Shown one piece after another: positions 62,201-64,000 of a stretch of DNA of 64,000 bases. This stretch comes from Eubacteriales bacterium (lineage in GTDB: Bacteria > Bacillota > Clostridia > Oscillospirales > CAG-272): positions 1,815 to 65,814 of the forward strand of contig JAZNII010000045.1 in NCBI GenBank assembly GCA_045577415.1, read 5' to 3'. Each line of letters starts with the position of its first letter. The stretch's first letter is position 1. The translations under genes and the position numbers were made by a program. Under the pieces are notes generated by a model, which was given only the letters and a program-made list of their open reading frames with translations, was not told where the DNA came from and did not search any database.

Positions 62201-64000
62201 AACGTAAAGCTTCAAGGCTACCTCGATTACGGTGACGGAGGACTTGAAACCAACCTCAATAATACTTTCGAATTTCCCCTTGTAACCGACTTTGAAGCGC
62301 CCGCGGTCACTGACTGCGAGTTCTACACCGAATATGACCGTACTGCTGAAAAGACCCGTCTTTTCGCAAAGATCGCGGTATACGATAACCATTATTCCAT
62401 GGCTTTGCAGGTGGGTTACGTCAAGCAGGACACCGACGGATATATGCTGGAGACCTTCGATCAGTACCTTACTCCCGTATATTCCGAGGCTAACTCCACC
62501 TCCTACGTCGTTTACGAGCTTACAGATTACGTTGACGACATCAGACGTGGCGCTGTCAATAAGAACAGCTTCACCGTTGCGACGTACGACTACGCGCTCA
62601 ACACGGCTACCTACGAGATAGCTCTCCCCGATGATTTCGAGGCGTTCTATTTTGAGGAGGAGAGTCTGACTCTGAGTCCTAATCAGGTCTATACTCTCAC
62701 TCCTAAATCATATCCCGATACCCAGTGGACCGAGCTGCTCACCTATATCTCCACAAACGAAAAGGTTGCTCACATCGTTAATAATAAGGTGGTCACGGTA
62801 GCTCCCGGTCAGACGGTTATTATCGCGAGAGATCCCGTTACCAATCAGCAAACGACCTTTGAGCTGACGGTTCTCGGCGAAGGCGACGAGGGCTACGTAA
62901 GATACGATAAGCCCGTCACAGACAACTTCGTGCTTACGGGATATAAGACCAATAAAGCCTACTACTTCCTGTCAAGCGACGAGCGAGACATCGGAAGCAC
63001 GGGCGACGAGATGAAGTTTGTCGGCAACGGATATTCGATGGAGATGTTCCCGTCGGAGTCTGTCACTCTCCGTTATAAGCTTGACGCATATTTCCCGAAT
63101 GACACAGAGGTGGTCGCCGTATCCAGTAACGACAACCTCGTGCAGGTTGAAAAGGTGAACGGAGAGTGGGTCATTACCGCGCTTGCAGAGGGATACGCGT
63201 CGGTATCGGTTGACGTATTACTTGACGGTAGCGGCACTTACTACTCTCAATCCATTGATATTGAAATAAAGGATCCCTACATAACCACAGGTCCCTCGCT
63301 TACCCATTATTTCGGTATGGGCGGCAGGGTAGAGATACCTGCGAGCTTGGCTATAACCGATATAGGTCAGTTTGCGTTCTCCAACTTTGACTACGTTGCA
63401 AAGGGACCCGGAGATGAGATAAGCGAGGATGATCCCACAACCACGAAGCAGTGGTTCCTTGGAGACGACACCATTGAGGAGGTAGTCATTCCCGAGGGAG
63501 TTAAGACCATCGGCTCTTACGCCTTCGCAAATCTTACCGCTCTTAAAAAGGTAGTTCTTCCTTCCACCCTTGAAAGAATAGATTTCGGAGCGTTCTACGG
63601 TTGTTCTGCGCTTACCGAGGTAGAGGGAATTGAAAAGGTTAAATTTATCAACCGCGGTGCCTTTGAGGGATGTTCCTTGAGGGGAACCGTTGAACTGACT
63701 AACGCGGTGGCTATCGCCGACAGAGCCTTTGCGGGCAACACCAAGCTTGACGGCGTGGTGCTTGGCAAGAACGTTCAGTCTGTGGGCGCGTACGCATTTG
63801 CGGGCAATATCGGTCTTGATAGCGTTAAGATCGAGGCGGAGATCATCAAGCTCGGTCAGTACGCATTCGACGGATGCGAATCCATTAAGGAGATAAGCAT
63901 CAACGCGGCGGTAATTCCTACGGCGGCGTTCAACGAGTGTAAGTCTCTTGAGATTATCACACTTGGCAAGGATGTCTCTGTCATCGGCGAGTACGCGTTC
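59228..64000 (+). CDS. cell-surface S8 (subtilisin/lactocepin/C5a-peptidase-like) serine peptidase with a PA domain, Ig-like domains and BspA-type leucine-rich repeats (3' end outside the window)
   Basis: My own translation of the open frame from the ATG at 59228 (RBS GGAAGGA). Signal anchor, catalytic D (VAVLDTGLD), H (HGTHVAG) and S (SGTSMACP), PA insert (VLVRRGATTFEEKA..AAGIIIYNN), and a late LRR pattern IPEGVKTIGSYAFANL..LPSTLERIDFGAFYGC. No stop codon before 64000. Confidence 0.88.
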   Translation, partial: MAKRKTLMKWGSVATVSILILAIAVSVLVNFGGSPSDEVSSIINTSDRNINKNLGQFIDSSVMYKLPDTVKETDDISVIIQTKKDSLLDAYDKADTELSFSQFVFSDDAKAVTDNIIKEKDIITDAFDEQGFDYTLGADYKAIFGGFEVIIKAGDFEHLCNALGDRATAIVGDEYKPCETQLVENKVNVYETGIFNSSSFGYDGTGMVVAVLDTGLDYNHTAFSVNNFTADRNKLGMTYADVESFISDTKASKLHSGLTAADVYLNEKVPFAFDYADYDPDVYPMTPQASEHGTHVAGVIAGKDDVITGVAPNAQLAIMKIFSDVVSTARTSWILSALEDCVILEVDVINMSIGTSCGFSREMDKEAISGVYDRIRETGISMVVAASNSFNSTYGSEKNGNLGLTSNPDSATVGSPSTYEGAMSVASISGVKTPYILYDGKIIYFTESTDRVAEEKNFYDDILPEGVDSMEIEYVTIPGAGRSADYSGLDVTGKIVLVRRGATTFEEKANVAQSKGAAGIIIYNNVSGDIKMNVGDATLGVCSIGQDDGEMLAAAGSGKITLSRTQTSGPFMSDFSSWGPTPDLGIKPEITAHGGMIYSAVPGQSYDRQSGTSMACPNIAGVTALIRQYVVQNFPEIANDPVKVTALVNQLMMSTADIVYNVNGLPYAVRKQGAGLANLDNIGNTKAYIITYRDGEEMDKTKIELGDDPTKSGVYTLTFSVKNFGNAALSYDVSAYVMTEGVSDTKTNQGETTVDELGYILDGANVAITSYSNATVNGMNLTVGAGQTADVTVTITLSDSDKQYLDDFFENGMYVEGFVVLDAAEESVVDLSVPYLAFYGDWTRAPLFDLDYFATNKDELDDSIDLLDKTLPDAYATRPIGSVQSDYVSYLGSFYFVQDPATKQISADRKYVSLSNQEGSVHELSNVWAGLLRNASKIVVTITDASTGEVVFEKVDEDVRKSYGDGGSIYPADVKIGFDAYEHNLKNNTQYNVKLQGYLDYGDGGLETNLNNTFEFPLVTDFEAPAVTDCEFYTEYDRTAEKTRLFAKIAVYDNHYSMALQVGYVKQDTDGYMLETFDQYLTPVYSEANSTSYVVYELTDYVDDIRRGAVNKNSFTVATYDYALNTATYEIALPDDFEAFYFEEESLTLSPNQVYTLTPKSYPDTQWTELLTYISTNEKVAHIVNNKVVTVAPGQTVIIARDPVTNQQTTFELTVLGEGDEGYVRYDKPVTDNFVLTGYKTNKAYYFLSSDERDIGSTGDEMKFVGNGYSMEMFPSESVTLRYKLDAYFPNDTEVVAVSSNDNLVQVEKVNGEWVITALAEGYASVSVDVLLDGSGTYYSQSIDIEIKDPYITTGPSLTHYFGMGGRVEIPASLAITDIGQFAFSNFDYVAKGPGDEISEDDPTTTKQWFLGDDTIEEVVIPEGVKTIGSYAFANLTALKKVVLPSTLERIDFGAFYGCSALTEVEGIEKVKFINRGAFEGCSLRGTVELTNAVAIADRAFAGNTKLDGVVLGKNVQSVGAYAFAGNIGLDSVKIEAEIIKLGQYAFDGCESIKEISINAAVIPTAAFNECKSLEIITLGKDVSVIGEYAF

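Overview
This is a 64-kb chromosomal window from a Gram-positive anaerobe. Gene content looks Clostridia-like: indolepyruvate:ferredoxin oxidoreductase with PaaK-type ligases, a PPi-type phosphofructokinase, YqeG, mfd followed by PrsA-like lipoproteins, GGAGG-type ribosome-binding sites and TTGACA-17-TATAAT promoters. I call 53 protein genes (the last runs off the window end), 4 tRNAs (Gly-TCC, Arg-TCT, His-GTG, Thr-CGT), and a set of promoters and intrinsic terminators. I saw no rRNA, CRISPR array, transposase, integrase or phage module. Housekeeping genes (pth, mfd, cysE, pfp, hisS, plsY, pepT, glpK and others) are interleaved with blocks that deserve a second look. (1) 26.8-33.9 kb holds a LytS-type kinase and response regulator followed by a SipW/TasA-like secreted-fibre operon. 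It has two secreted paralogues sharing an identical IGYAGFTS signal-peptide motif, an archaeal-type signal peptidase fused to a ~250-aa polytopic domain, and a bitopic protein with a 15-bp tandem repeat. (2) 48.3-50.9 kb is a single 860-aa ORF fusing a TetM/EF-G-like translational GTPase to a YacP/Rae1-like NYN ribonuclease domain. (3) 50.9-59.0 kb is an extracytoplasmic thiol-redox and Cys-rich lipoprotein cluster, including a NapH-like polyferredoxin fused to a TlpA-like CGPC domain, a CSPC redoxin lipoprotein, His+3Cys repeat modules and a shared unknown DG[YF]YH...CxYY module. (4) A 161-bp tandem repeat built from direct and inverted copies of the tRNA-His 3' end lies between tRNA-His and hisS. 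All family assignments come from motif recognition by eye; no database search was run.
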